A DNA stretch of 64,000 nucleotides, taken from assembly GCA_029551395.1 (NCBI GenBank), contig JAKPFN010000014.1:319-64318 (forward strand), in the 5' to 3' direction. The translations under genes were made by a program, and so were the position numbers. Shown here one piece after another: positions 7,177 to 15,803 of the stretch. The DNA comes from Armatimonadota bacterium (lineage in GTDB: Bacteria > Armatimonadota > UBA5829 > DTLH01). The notes beneath the pieces are model-generated. The model saw only the letters and a program-made list of their open reading frames with translations, ran no database searches and was not told the origin of the DNA. Each line of letters starts with the position of its first letter. Position 1 is the first letter of the stretch.

Positions 7177-9933
7177 TTAGCTGGTTCTTGTCAGAGAATT
7201 ATGTACAGCGCTTGGCTCCAATGCAGCCGCAATTATTGCAATATCATCCCTTATTTCTTGATTAGCAAAGTTGGTAGTCTCTTCTATGACCTTTTCAACC
7301 ATTTCACGCGGGCCTACACGTGCATACTTAAAAACAATATCCTGCAGCCCTTCTATAGACAGCATATTACCGGCTTGCTTGGCGTCGATAATGCCATCCG
7401 TATAAAGCAACAGCATATCGCCAGGGTTTAGCATAAGTTCCCTCTCATCATACTCAGAATCCTCCGAGTAACCAACAGGAATACCCGTGCGGTAGAACAT
7501 TATCTGCTGCCTGCCGCCTCTGGTCAGTGCAATCGCTGGCGGATGACCTGCATTTGCATAAGTCATCCATCCTGTATCTGGATCTATCACCGCGCAAAAT
7601 ACCGTTACAACTGCCTTGGATTCAAAATAAGTCATTAGAGCGCGATTTAACAAGTCCAGCACTGCAGCAGGTGAATCTGGCCACTGGAAAAAGAACGCTC
7701 GAATCATATAACGCACCATTGCAGTATGAACGGCTGCCTGAATACCTTTGCCTGTTATATCAGCAACAACAAGAGCTACTTTTTTGTTCGGGAGAGTAAT
7801 CACATCGTAAAGGTCGCCGCCCACACGCGCTTCATCAAGAGCAGGTATATACTTGTGTCCAAACACTAACCTGCCCAACCTGTCAGGAATGACTCCTATC
7901 AGTGTGCTCTGCAGAGTCTCTGCTATCTTATACTCCCTGTGGAACAGCTTCGCATTGGCAATAACCACCGCTGCATGACTCGCAATAGACGCAAGTAAAT
8001 CGATTTCAATAGGCTTGTAATTATGAGGCTGTCTGGTCCATACAGTGATAGTGCCTATTGCTTCTTCACCTACGATTAGAGGCGCAGATATCAGTCCCCG
8101 AAGCTGTTCCCTTTTCACAAGCTCATGCAGACGAATGTCCATCTCACTGCTGATATCCGTCCGATGCACCGGCCGCTTCTCCTGATAAACCACTCCAGAC
8201 CAGCGCTCCCCAGGCTGGATTATTACTTTTTCACAAAACTCCTTGCTGAGATTGTACGCCTCTGCTATTTTCATTCTCCCATCTTTGTCTGCCAAAAATA
8301 TAGCACAGGCATCAACCTCCATTACTTCGCAGGTAGCCCGGACCAGTGAACGCAATACCTGTTTCAAATCCAGCGATGCAGATATCGATTCATCCACTTT
8401 TCTTAGCGAATCCATTACCTTTATTAGCTCTGATGTGCGGCTGTGAGTATAAGCGTTATGAACTGCAATAGCAGCGGTAGAAGCAAATGCACCTAGAAAC
8501 TCTATTTGTTCATGTAACGCCAAATCACCAGCCTGGTCAGTTGGAAAGACTGCCGCAAGCACTCCCACTGGTCTATTGCCGACTACTAATGGCAACATAA
8601 CTGCCGTAAGCCCCTCCAAATCGATATTTGGATACGCAATTGTCGCAGGCACTTCCAGAGACCTAGGAGAATCCAGAGCATGTTCTGCCAGAGGAAGCAT
8701 TGCAGCAACCACACTATCTGTATTTATCTTAGGACTGACAACAGGTTCAAGGGCACCGGTAGTATCGTCCAGGCGGAATATTACTACATATACAGCACCA
8801 AACTGCAGCTTCAATACTTCAGCTATCGACGCTGCAACTCTGCTGATATCAAGGCTTGCTGTAATTGTTCGTGAAACCTCCAGCAAGCTCTGCTGAATAC
8901 GTGTGGTGAACCTCAACGCACGCTGCTGCATCTCAAGACTCTCAGTCATCTGATTGAAACTTTCAGCCAGAGTCTGAAGTTCATCTCTAGTGTTGACATC
9001 CACACGTCGTCTAAGGTCACCAACAGTCACCGCTTCTACTGCATGAGATAACTTCCGAATAGACGAGATTATCCTGTTCCCAATGCCGTAATAAATAGCG
9101 ATTGCAGGCAATACAAGCACCAGCCAAAGTAAATACCAACCTTCTCTGGCAAATGATGGCCCTGGCACTCCTGCCGTACTTATCACTGCAACACGCCAGC
9201 CAAAATCAGGTAAAATCGTAGCCGTGCTATAATCCGATGCATTTCGAAGTTCCACTATCCGGCCTGGCACCAGCATGGAGGCTTTTTCTAAAGCTGCAGT
9301 TGAACTTTTAGATAGATTGTTCCCTGACTTACAGACCAGCTTTCCGTTCCGGTCGATTATTACCGCACTGCGGTTGCCATCCATAACTGATGAAAGCACC
9401 TGACCTATTGCATCTGCTGACACAACTGCATAAATCGTTCCAGTGCCTCCATGGTCAAATGAAACCGGCAGGCTTATGGTAAACACATTCCTCCCTGCCA
9501 GATTATATACAGATGTAACACTCTCATCAGAGCGAAGACTGGATGGAGGTAGTTCTTCCTTTTGCTGACCTGGCTGTAATTCAGGATATCTGTAGTATTT
9601 ATTATTCTCCGTATCTATCAGTCCAGCAGCCAGACATTCGTGGTTATCTGAAACTATTGATTGCAGTAAATTGGAGACCTGCTCAGGATTGTCACTACGT
9701 TGAATCTGACCTAGAGCTTTATAAAGGGAATTGACCAACTCGTCAACAAGAAACTCAACCGAGGTAGCAGCGGCACGAGTTTGTGCAGCCTGCGCACGCG
9801 CGGCAAGGATATCCGCTTGCTTGCAGTAACTTCTGATAATGACATACTGAAGCGCTGCCAGCGGGACAAACGCTGCCAAAAATACAGCCACAAGCCTGCT
9901 TGTGATGCTTTGGAGCCTTGGCCTCAATCCCAT
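7177..9933 (-). CDS. Membrane sensor PP2C phosphatase (Cache-like, HAMP, 2xGAF, SpoIIE/RsbU)
   Basis: Two TM segments, HAMP (DELQTLAESFNQMTESL), two GAF domains, and PP2C motifs GGDLYD, VADITGKG, NAGHPP, YTDGI, DDIAII. Confidence 0.9.
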   Translation of the reverse strand: MGLRPRLQSITSRLVAVFLAAFVPLAALQYVIIRSYCKQADILAARAQAAQTRAAATSVEFLVDELVNSLYKALGQIQRSDNPEQVSNLLQSIVSDNHECLAAGLIDTENNKYYRYPELQPGQQKEELPPSSLRSDESVTSVYNLAGRNVFTISLPVSFDHGGTGTIYAVVSADAIGQVLSSVMDGNRSAVIIDRNGKLVCKSGNNLSKSSTAALEKASMLVPGRIVELRNASDYSTATILPDFGWRVAVISTAGVPGPSFAREGWYLLWLVLVLPAIAIYYGIGNRIISSIRKLSHAVEAVTVGDLRRRVDVNTRDELQTLAESFNQMTESLEMQQRALRFTTRIQQSLLEVSRTITASLDISRVAASIAEVLKLQFGAVYVVIFRLDDTTGALEPVVSPKINTDSVVAAMLPLAEHALDSPRSLEVPATIAYPNIDLEGLTAVMLPLVVGNRPVGVLAAVFPTDQAGDLALHEQIEFLGAFASTAAIAVHNAYTHSRTSELIKVMDSLRKVDESISASLDLKQVLRSLVRATCEVMEVDACAIFLADKDGRMKIAEAYNLSKEFCEKVIIQPGERWSGVVYQEKRPVHRTDISSEMDIRLHELVKREQLRGLISAPLIVGEEAIGTITVWTRQPHNYKPIEIDLLASIASHAAVVIANAKLFHREYKIAETLQSTLIGVIPDRLGRLVFGHKYIPALDEARVGGDLYDVITLPNKKVALVVADITGKGIQAAVHTAMVRYMIRAFFFQWPDSPAAVLDLLNRALMTYFESKAVVTVFCAVIDPDTGWMTYANAGHPPAIALTRGGRQQIMFYRTGIPVGYSEDSEYDERELMLNPGDMLLLYTDGIIDAKQAGNMLSIEGLQDIVFKYARVGPREMVEKVIEETTNFANQEIRDDIAIIAAALEPSAVHNSLTRTS

Positions 9934-9988
9934 AGTAGTTCAACTCCTGGACCTTCGAGGCGTCGCAGCTTAGATTGCCACGTAGAGA

Positions 9989-10017
9989 AGTATAATAGGG
10001 TGTCGCCAGCCTGTCAA
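9989..10017 (-). promoter_or_regulatory. Sigma70 promoter TTGACA-N17-TATACT for the phosphatase/anti-sigma operon
   Basis: Near-consensus hexamers with a 17-nt spacer, 56 nt upstream of the ATG at 9933. Confidence 0.7.
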
Positions 10018-10300
10018 GCACTAGTAATTATAAATCTATATATTCATGACTATGACTCTAATGTCTGAAAATGGATTTTTAACTGTTGAATTGATAAGCA
10101 TACTCGTAAATTGTCCTCTGTTTTATTGGTGATATCACTCTGCTGTTGACAGAACCAATGGGTAACATCATCTACAGATTTAATATGCGAGTATGTGTCA
10201 CGATGTTGTCAAAACTGTAGGGCTGTGATAAAGTAGCAGAGTGCCTCTAAAATAGAAGAGAGAATAATTTGCAAGCCGCTGGCACCTAGGAGGATAGTCC

Positions 10301-11788
10301 ATGCAATTTAATGTTCTGCAGAAGTCATTGACTGAAGCTGAGTGTGATGTACTTGTTGTCAATTTGTTTGAAGGCGTCAAGCAGCCTGGTGGTGGAACCG
10401 GAGCTGTAGATAAAGCAGTCGGTGGAGCTATAACTCAACTAATCGAACGTGAAAATTTCGAAGGTAAACTGGGCCAGACTGTAGACCTCACTCCTGCCTC
10501 TGGAGTCAAAGCGCCTAAAATCTTAGTAGTAGGACTTGGCAAGCAAGAAGAATTCAATGCTAACAAAGTCCGAGAAGCATCTTCGGCTGCTGCCAGAAAA
10601 GCAAAAGAATTCTCCGCCAAAAAAGTAGCCACAATCCTGCATGGCGCTGGAACTGGCGGCATTGAACCATCAGCAGCAGCTCGCGCACTAGTTGAAGGTA
10701 CGATTCTTGGCACTTATGAGTATACAAAACATAAAACCAAGGATGTCAAACCTAACCCGCTGGAGCAGATTGACATCATAGAGTTGGACGCTGCTAAAAT
10801 CGATGCCATTAAACAGGGAATTTCTCGTGGACAGATAACAGCAGAAGCAACAAATTTCGCCCGAGACCTGACCAATGAACCAGCCAATATCCTGACACCT
10901 ACGCTTATGGCCGAACAAGCTGCCTCTATAGCCAAAGAAGGTGGGCTTGAGTGCAGAATTATCGGCCAGGAAGAGATGAAGCAGTTAGGCATGAACCTGA
11001 TTCTCGCCGTAGCTAAAGGAAGCATGCAGGAACCGAAGTTCATTATCTTAAAATATACTGCCCCTGGAGCTTCCAAGACCGTTGCGTTTGTTGGAAAAGG
11101 TATCACCTTCGACTCTGGAGGATTGAACCTGAAACAGGGCGAGGGTATGGCGGATATGAAAGACGACATGTCTGGTGCGGGAGTCGTTCTTGCAACTATG
11201 AGTGCCGTTGCAAAACTCAAACCAAAAGTCAATGTGCTTGGCATCATGCCTGCAACTGAGAATATGATTGGCGGAAACGCTACTCATCCAGGCGACGTCA
11301 TTCGTGGATTCTCCGGCAAGACTGTCGAAATCAACAATACAGATGCTGAAGGCAGACTGATACTCGTTGACGGTGTCGCTTTTGCAGAAAAAGAAGGCGC
11401 TGACGAAATTATCGACATTGCAACACTTACCGGAGCCTGTGTAGTTGCACTTGGCAGGCAAATGGCAGGAATTTTAGGCACTGACCAGAGTATGATTGAC
11501 CGCATTATCAGCGCTGGAGAAGAAAGCGGTGAGAAATTCTGGCAGCTTCCGCTTCATGAAGGATATCAGGACACTCTTAAGAGCGATGTAGCTGACATGA
11601 AGAACTCTCCTGGTCATGCCGGCACAATCACGGCCGCTCTTTTCATCAAAGAGCATATCGAAATGAATAACTGGGTACATCTGGACATTGCTGGCCCGTG
11701 CTTATCAGACAAAGAGACACCGATTGGCCCCAAGGGCGGCACTGGATTCGGCGTTGGCACACTCGTCAACTACCTCATGAACCAGTAA
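10301..11788 (+). CDS. pepA: Leucyl aminopeptidase (M17)
   Basis: VGKGITFDSGG, MKDDMSGA, NTDAEGRL, DIATLTGA, HLDIAG. AGGAGG SD. Confidence 0.96.
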   Translation: MQFNVLQKSLTEAECDVLVVNLFEGVKQPGGGTGAVDKAVGGAITQLIERENFEGKLGQTVDLTPASGVKAPKILVVGLGKQEEFNANKVREASSAAARKAKEFSAKKVATILHGAGTGGIEPSAAARALVEGTILGTYEYTKHKTKDVKPNPLEQIDIIELDAAKIDAIKQGISRGQITAEATNFARDLTNEPANILTPTLMAEQAASIAKEGGLECRIIGQEEMKQLGMNLILAVAKGSMQEPKFIILKYTAPGASKTVAFVGKGITFDSGGLNLKQGEGMADMKDDMSGAGVVLATMSAVAKLKPKVNVLGIMPATENMIGGNATHPGDVIRGFSGKTVEINNTDAEGRLILVDGVAFAEKEGADEIIDIATLTGACVVALGRQMAGILGTDQSMIDRIISAGEESGEKFWQLPLHEGYQDTLKSDVADMKNSPGHAGTITAALFIKEHIEMNNWVHLDIAGPCLSDKETPIGPKGGTGFGVGTLVNYLMNQ

Positions 11789-11814
11789 CATCATAACTTA
11801 CTGACCATACAAAT

Positions 11815-11850
11815 AGCCCGGTAGTCCAGTCAGGCTGCCGGGCTTATTTG
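11815..11850 (+). terminator. Intrinsic terminator after pepA
   Basis: AGCCCGGTAGTC...GGCTGCCGGGCT stem followed by TATTTG. Confidence 0.65.
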
Positions 11851-11941
11851 TTCCTCTAACATCCTCCTTCTTAGCCTCAAACATTCCTACTTACGGGTAA
11901 GTACAGTATGTAGAATAATCTTTCGAATAACGAGGCTGCAG

Positions 11942-12397
11942 ATGTCTATCAGGAATAAATGGAGTTGGGTAGCAGGGCTGGCAACTGCAGGTGTAATAGA
12001 TTCGCTATATCTCCTGCTGTTTCAAACAAAAAAGATAGACCGTATAATCTGTCCCATCTTTGGAGAAGGATGTGAACGGGTATCAAGACATCCTATAGCG
12101 TACCCAAGAGGGATACCGGATGCTATTTTTGGAGTAGCAGGATATACCGCGGCTGCTGCTATAGCGCTTGCAATTCCTCGTACAACCGGGAATACTCAAA
12201 AGACCCTTGCTGCAGCCGCTGCAGGAGGTTCGGTACTGGCTGCTGGGCTTAGCGCGTTCCTTACCTATGCCCAGCCAACCAAAACCGGAGCCTGGTGTTT
12301 TTGGTGCCTGGTGTCGGCTATCATTTCGACAACCATGGCTCCAATAGCAATATCAGGGTCAATAGAAATCCTGCGAAATTCAAACAAACAGGAGTAG
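11942..12397 (+). CDS. Vitamin K epoxide reductase (VKOR) family membrane protein
   Basis: Loop cysteines CPIFGEGC.RV, GIPDA..GVAGY, and the CxxC motif WCFWC in the last TM. Confidence 0.85.
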   Translation: MSIRNKWSWVAGLATAGVIDSLYLLLFQTKKIDRIICPIFGEGCERVSRHPIAYPRGIPDAIFGVAGYTAAAAIALAIPRTTGNTQKTLAAAAAGGSVLAAGLSAFLTYAQPTKTGAWCFWCLVSAIISTTMAPIAISGSIEILRNSNKQE

Positions 12398-12402
12398 GAA
12401 CT

Positions 12403-13092
12403 ATGTCACAGTTTCCTGAATACGGAGTCCCAGAATCGAAAGTCTCAGATAATTTAATTATTGGTGCTGTAAGAAACGCTCTGGGTGAGAGTGAGGAAGT
12501 CGATACAAGCGATATCGTAGTCGATGCCGCAGACGGCATTATCAGGCTGACCGGTGTTGTCAGCACTTTTTACGAAAAGAGAAAAGCCGGACGCCTCGCA
12601 CGGGCAGCAGAGGGTGTCAAAGGAGTTGATAACTCCCTTGTTGTAGTGCCAGACAAACAACCAACAGACCAGAAGATTTTTGATGCTATAGATAAAGCTC
12701 TTGGTAATTTCCCTGAGGGAAGACCTGCAAGAATTGGAGTGCGTATGGTCGAATCCGGAGTAGCTTATATTTCCGGCAAGGCATCAAATGCCCAGGAAGC
12801 ATGGAATGCTATCGATATAGCCTCCAAAATCCCCGGTGTAAAAGATATTGTAGATGAGATAGATATTGCGCCAGGTGAACCGATAGATGATGTAGAAATC
12901 AAAAATCTGGTAATAGATGCTCTCTCGGAGGATTCAAGAGTCGACCCATTTGAGATTGAGGTAAATGTTCGCAATGCAGAAGTATATCTGGAAGGAGAAG
13001 TAGAAGACGAGGAGGCTATAAGAGCCGCTGGAGAACTGGCAAGCACCGCAGCAGGCGTCAAACGTGTCATCAATCATATTCGCATCAGATAA
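12403..13092 (+). CDS. Triple BON-domain (OsmY-like) protein
   Basis: Start reassigned to ATG 12403 (GGAG SD). Three BON repeats end in GVKGVDNSL, GVKDIVDEI and GVKRVINHI. Confidence 0.85.
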   Translation: MSQFPEYGVPESKVSDNLIIGAVRNALGESEEVDTSDIVVDAADGIIRLTGVVSTFYEKRKAGRLARAAEGVKGVDNSLVVVPDKQPTDQKIFDAIDKALGNFPEGRPARIGVRMVESGVAYISGKASNAQEAWNAIDIASKIPGVKDIVDEIDIAPGEPIDDVEIKNLVIDALSEDSRVDPFEIEVNVRNAEVYLEGEVEDEEAIRAAGELASTAAGVKRVINHIRIR

Positions 13093-13124
13093 ACCGGCAC
13101 TGCAACATTGTATTTGAATCTGAA

Positions 13125-13179
13125 GAAAGGTAGAAATGGGATAAAGATTACTGTCATGCTTTATCCCTTTCCATCTTTC
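13125..13179. terminator. Stem-loop between convergent genes, probable bidirectional terminator
   Basis: GAAAGGTAGAAATGGGATAAAG...CTTTATCCCTTTCCATCTTTC imperfect inverted repeat. Confidence 0.5.
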
Positions 13180-13292
13180 CAACGTTTTAGGTCTCTAGCA
13201 ACAAATTGTTCTACCAGACATCTGATGGATTTAGGATGAATTCATTAACTAAATGCTGCCCCTAACTGGAGCGCAAACCTTTACTATGCCCC

Positions 13293-13373
13293 TCACCCTC
13301 CGCCCGGAGTACATCCTGCGGCCAAAAGCATTACTATGAGTAGTATAATAGCTTGTATTATTCGATAAATCAC
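13293..13373 (-). CDS. Candidate 26-aa micro-lipoprotein (not in the ORF track)
   Basis: AGGAGGTG SD 7 nt before a GTG. Peptide MIYRIIQAIILLIVMLLAAGCTPGGG contains the lipobox LAAGC. Confidence 0.5.
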   Translation of the reverse strand: MIYRIIQAIILLIVMLLAAGCTPGGG

Positions 13374-13463
13374 ACTTACTCACCTCCTCTGCTTAGGAAA
13401 CCCTATTACTTATTCCGATTTTTCCACAGTTTATGGCTATCTTCCTTTTAGTAATATCTGATA

Positions 13464-13483
13464 GCCTCAGACCTTTATGATTC
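13464..13483 (+). repeat. 20-bp direct repeat, left copy
   Basis: GCCTCAGACCTTTATGATTC is identical to 13741-13760. Confidence 0.95.
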
Positions 13484-13484
13484 A

Positions 13485-13612
13485 TCTCTCGGGAAGGCTC
13501 TCACACGGGAGGGATCTTTCTCGGGAGGGCACTCTCTCGGGAGGGCACTCTCTCGGGAGGGCACTCTCTCGGGAGGGCACTCTCTCGGGAGGGCACTCTC
13601 TCGGGAGGGATT
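13485..13612 (+). repeat. 16-nt tandem repeat, 8 units, consensus TCTCTCGGGAGGGCAC
   Basis: Units 4-7 are identical and units 1-3 are degenerate. Unit 8 is the arm of the hairpin CGGGAGGGATT-TGC-AATCCCTCCCG. Confidence 0.95.
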
Positions 13613-13734
13613 TGCAATCCCTCCCGGACATATTGCTGAGGAATCTGTGATTCCGGGTTATGGTCTGAAGCACCAATGACCGGGATTGCAAATCTCAGCT
13701 ATTCTTCCGGGCTAAATTGCAAATTTAGCCCGAG
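13599..13734 (-). mobile_element. Non-autonomous REP/REPIN- or MITE-like palindromic element, copy B (inverted relative to copy A)
   Basis: The reverse complement aligns with 5355-5493. Hairpins are conserved (13602-13626, 13682-13696, 13708-13732) and linkers are diverged. Confidence 0.7.
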
Positions 13735-13740
13735 GGTATT

Positions 13741-13760
13741 GCCTCAGACCTTTATGATTC
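13741..13760 (+). repeat. 20-bp direct repeat, right copy
   Basis: Identical to 13464-13483 and overlaps the hisI stop codon by 1 nt. Confidence 0.95.
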
Positions 13761-14131
13761 TACTTGACCGGCTCTCCGTGTACCTTCAACTGACCCGGTT
13801 CCTCAGGAGAATACTCCCTGAAGTAACAAGTGAAGTAGTTTTTATGGCAAGCGGCTACTTTCTGGTCTACCCGTACAAGCAAAGACTTGCCCTCACAGTC
13901 CAAAAAGATGGACTTTACAGCTTGAGTATGGCCTGAAGTCTCTCCTTTCATCATCAATCTGCCTGCGCTTCTCCTAAATACATGGACAAAGCCTGTTTCC
14001 AGCGTCTTATCGAGCGCTTCCTGGTTCATATAACAAAGAGTAAGCACTTGACCAGTAGAATCATCCTGAATAACAGCCGGGATAAGCCCCTGGTCGTTGA
14101 AAACTAAAGAATCTAAGAAACTCAACTCCAA
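13760..14131 (-). CDS. hisI: Phosphoribosyl-AMP cyclohydrolase (divergent active-site loop)
   Basis: [27 protein letters not shown]..., ACH...TCYF. Overlaps hisF. Confidence 0.85.
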   Translation of the reverse strand: MELSFLDSLVFNDQGLIPAVIQDDSTGQVLTLCYMNQEALDKTLETGFVHVFRRSAGRLMMKGETSGHTQAVKSIFLDCEGKSLLVRVDQKVAACHKNYFTCYFREYSPEEPGQLKVHGEPVK

Positions 14132-14895
14132 ATACTCCTGACAATAACTCCTCGCTCGGAAAGATAGTCTTTTATCTGCTTGATAGTATAAATCTGGTAG
14201 TGGACTATAGATGCAATAAGTGCTGCATCGGCTCCACCGGCAGTCAGTGCGTCATAGATATGCTCAAGCGTACCTGCTCCGCCAGATGCAATTACGGGAA
14301 TACCGATACTGTCTGCCACGGCACGAGTAAGTTCAATATCATAACCTGCCTTAGTGCCATCTGCATCCATACTGGTAAGTAGAATCTCTCCAGCGCCCAA
14401 CTTTTCTGCCTCGATGGCCCATTTTACGGCATCTATACCAGTTGGTGTGCGCCCGCCGTGCGTGTAGACCTCCCATGAAAGGCCATCATCCATTCTCCGT
14501 TTTGCATCTATGGCAACAACCACACATTGAGAGCCGAACATCTCCGCTGCTTCCGAGATTAGCTTCGGATTATGTATAGCCGCCGTATTCACACTGACCT
14601 TATCCGCTCCGGTCTTGAGAATTGCACGGAAGTCCTCTACAGACCTGATACCTCCGCCTACAGTAAACGGAATAAATACCTTTTCTGCTGTTCGGCTGGC
14701 AACATCCAGAATGATATTACGCTTCTCATGACTTGCGGTAATATCTAAAAAGGTTACCTCATCCGCGCCTTCTTTATCATACAGCTCTGCAAGTTCTACC
14801 GGATCACCCGCATCCCGCAGGTTAACAAAATTCGTTCCTTTGACTACTCTACCTTCCTTGACATCGAGACAAGGAATAATTCTTTTAGCTAGCAT
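14122..14895 (-). CDS. hisF: Imidazole glycerol phosphate synthase cyclase subunit
   Basis: [51 protein letters not shown]. Confidence 0.98.
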   Translation of the reverse strand: MLAKRIIPCLDVKEGRVVKGTNFVNLRDAGDPVELAELYDKEGADEVTFLDITASHEKRNIILDVASRTAEKVFIPFTVGGGIRSVEDFRAILKTGADKVSVNTAAIHNPKLISEAAEMFGSQCVVVAIDAKRRMDDGLSWEVYTHGGRTPTGIDAVKWAIEAEKLGAGEILLTSMDADGTKAGYDIELTRAVADSIGIPVIASGGAGTLEHIYDALTAGGADAALIASIVHYQIYTIKQIKDYLSERGVIVRSIWS

Positions 14896-14901
14896 AGCAA
14901 C

Positions 14902-14930
14902 AGTCTACCGGATCAAGTGCTTGTTGGCAA
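14902..14930 (-). promoter_or_regulatory. Sigma70 promoter TTGCCA-N17-TAGACT, 6 nt from the hisF ATG (likely leaderless)
   Basis: Read directly from the sequence. There is no SD between the -10 element and the ATG. Confidence 0.55.
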
Positions 14931-15041
14931 GGATAGAGAGATGGTCTGATTGTCCAATTTGTGTTCACAACGCATAGATACTGGTCTAAGATAGTTACCA
15001 GGCTCAATAATCTTCCCATATATGACATTTACCTTCATACA

Positions 15042-15113
15042 CAAAACTTTGAGTTAACTTTTGTCGTATAATACCTATAGCGTGGCTGTAACCAGATACA
15101 GGTCACAGCCGTC
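15042..15113 (+). promoter_or_regulatory. Two tandem ECF-type promoter candidates (AAC-N17-CGT)
   Basis: CAAAAC-N17-CGTA (15042-15068) and TGTAAC-N17-CGTC (15087-15113) lie upstream of the ECF gene. Confidence 0.45.
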
Positions 15114-15146
15114 TGTAGTAATGGGAAGGCCAAAAGAGGATATCTC

Positions 15147-15803
15147 GTGACCAATGGGTTTATCTATGATTTCGGCATAAGCAATGAAGAATTGCTTAGC
15201 CGATGCAAAGAGAACGACGAGTCTGCACTTCGCGAGTTGCTGCGCAGGCATGAGAAGCCTGTGTACGGCCTTTTATATCGGATGCTCGGGAACCACGAGG
15301 ATGCCGAAGAAGCCCTGGCAGATGTCTTCGTTAAAGTCTGGAGAGCTGCAGGAAGCTTCCGAGGCACAGCGAAGTTCACTACGTGGTTATACCGCATTGC
15401 AGGCAATACTGCTCGGGATGTGCTGAGGTCACGCAAGGCCAGACCGGAAATTGCAATCGAGGACGATATTTTAACAGAGACCGACTTGGTCGGTACAGCA
15501 GCAGTTGATCCTGAAACAACCGTGATCAACGCAGATGAAGTTGCCAGAATCGAGCTGGCAATGCAGAAACTGACACCTGAAGATCGGCTTCTGGTTCACC
15601 TATATCATATACAGGAGTTGGACCTTGAAGAGATTAACAGGATAACCGGTATAAACAGGTCGAACTTAAAAGTGAAACTTTTCAGGGCAAGGCAAAAGTT
15701 GAGAACTCACCTGGAGAGTCTTGACCAGGAGAAAAATAATGAACTGCAACCAGATACAACCGAATCTATTGGACTACAACCGGGGTCTGCTGAATCAGCG
15801 TGA
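15147..15803 (+). CDS. ECF RNA polymerase sigma factor
   Basis: DAEEALADVFVKVW..FRG.AKFTTWLYRIA.N (region 2) and LKVKLFRARQKL (region 4). Confidence 0.92.
   Translation: MTNGFIYDFGISNEELLSRCKENDESALRELLRRHEKPVYGLLYRMLGNHEDAEEALADVFVKVWRAAGSFRGTAKFTTWLYRIAGNTARDVLRSRKARPEIAIEDDILTETDLVGTAAVDPETTVINADEVARIELAMQKLTPEDRLLVHLYHIQELDLEEINRITGINRSNLKVKLFRARQKLRTHLESLDQEKNNELQPDTTESIGLQPGSAESA

Noticed and set aside
13281..13295. Selenocysteine readthrough of the micro-lipoprotein TGA (TGA GGG GCA TAG TAA)
   Set aside because: It would add only three residues, and I see no convincing SECIS hairpin or redox motif.
13485..13612. CRISPR array interpretation of the 16-nt repeats (and of the 22-nt repeats at 5289-5382)
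   Set aside because: The units are head-to-tail with no unique spacers, are too short, and no cas genes are present.
13482..13691. ORF with repeated PRECPPERVPSRE peptide
   Set aside because: It is a translation by-product of the 16-nt DNA repeat, whose period is not a multiple of 3. No SD was seen.
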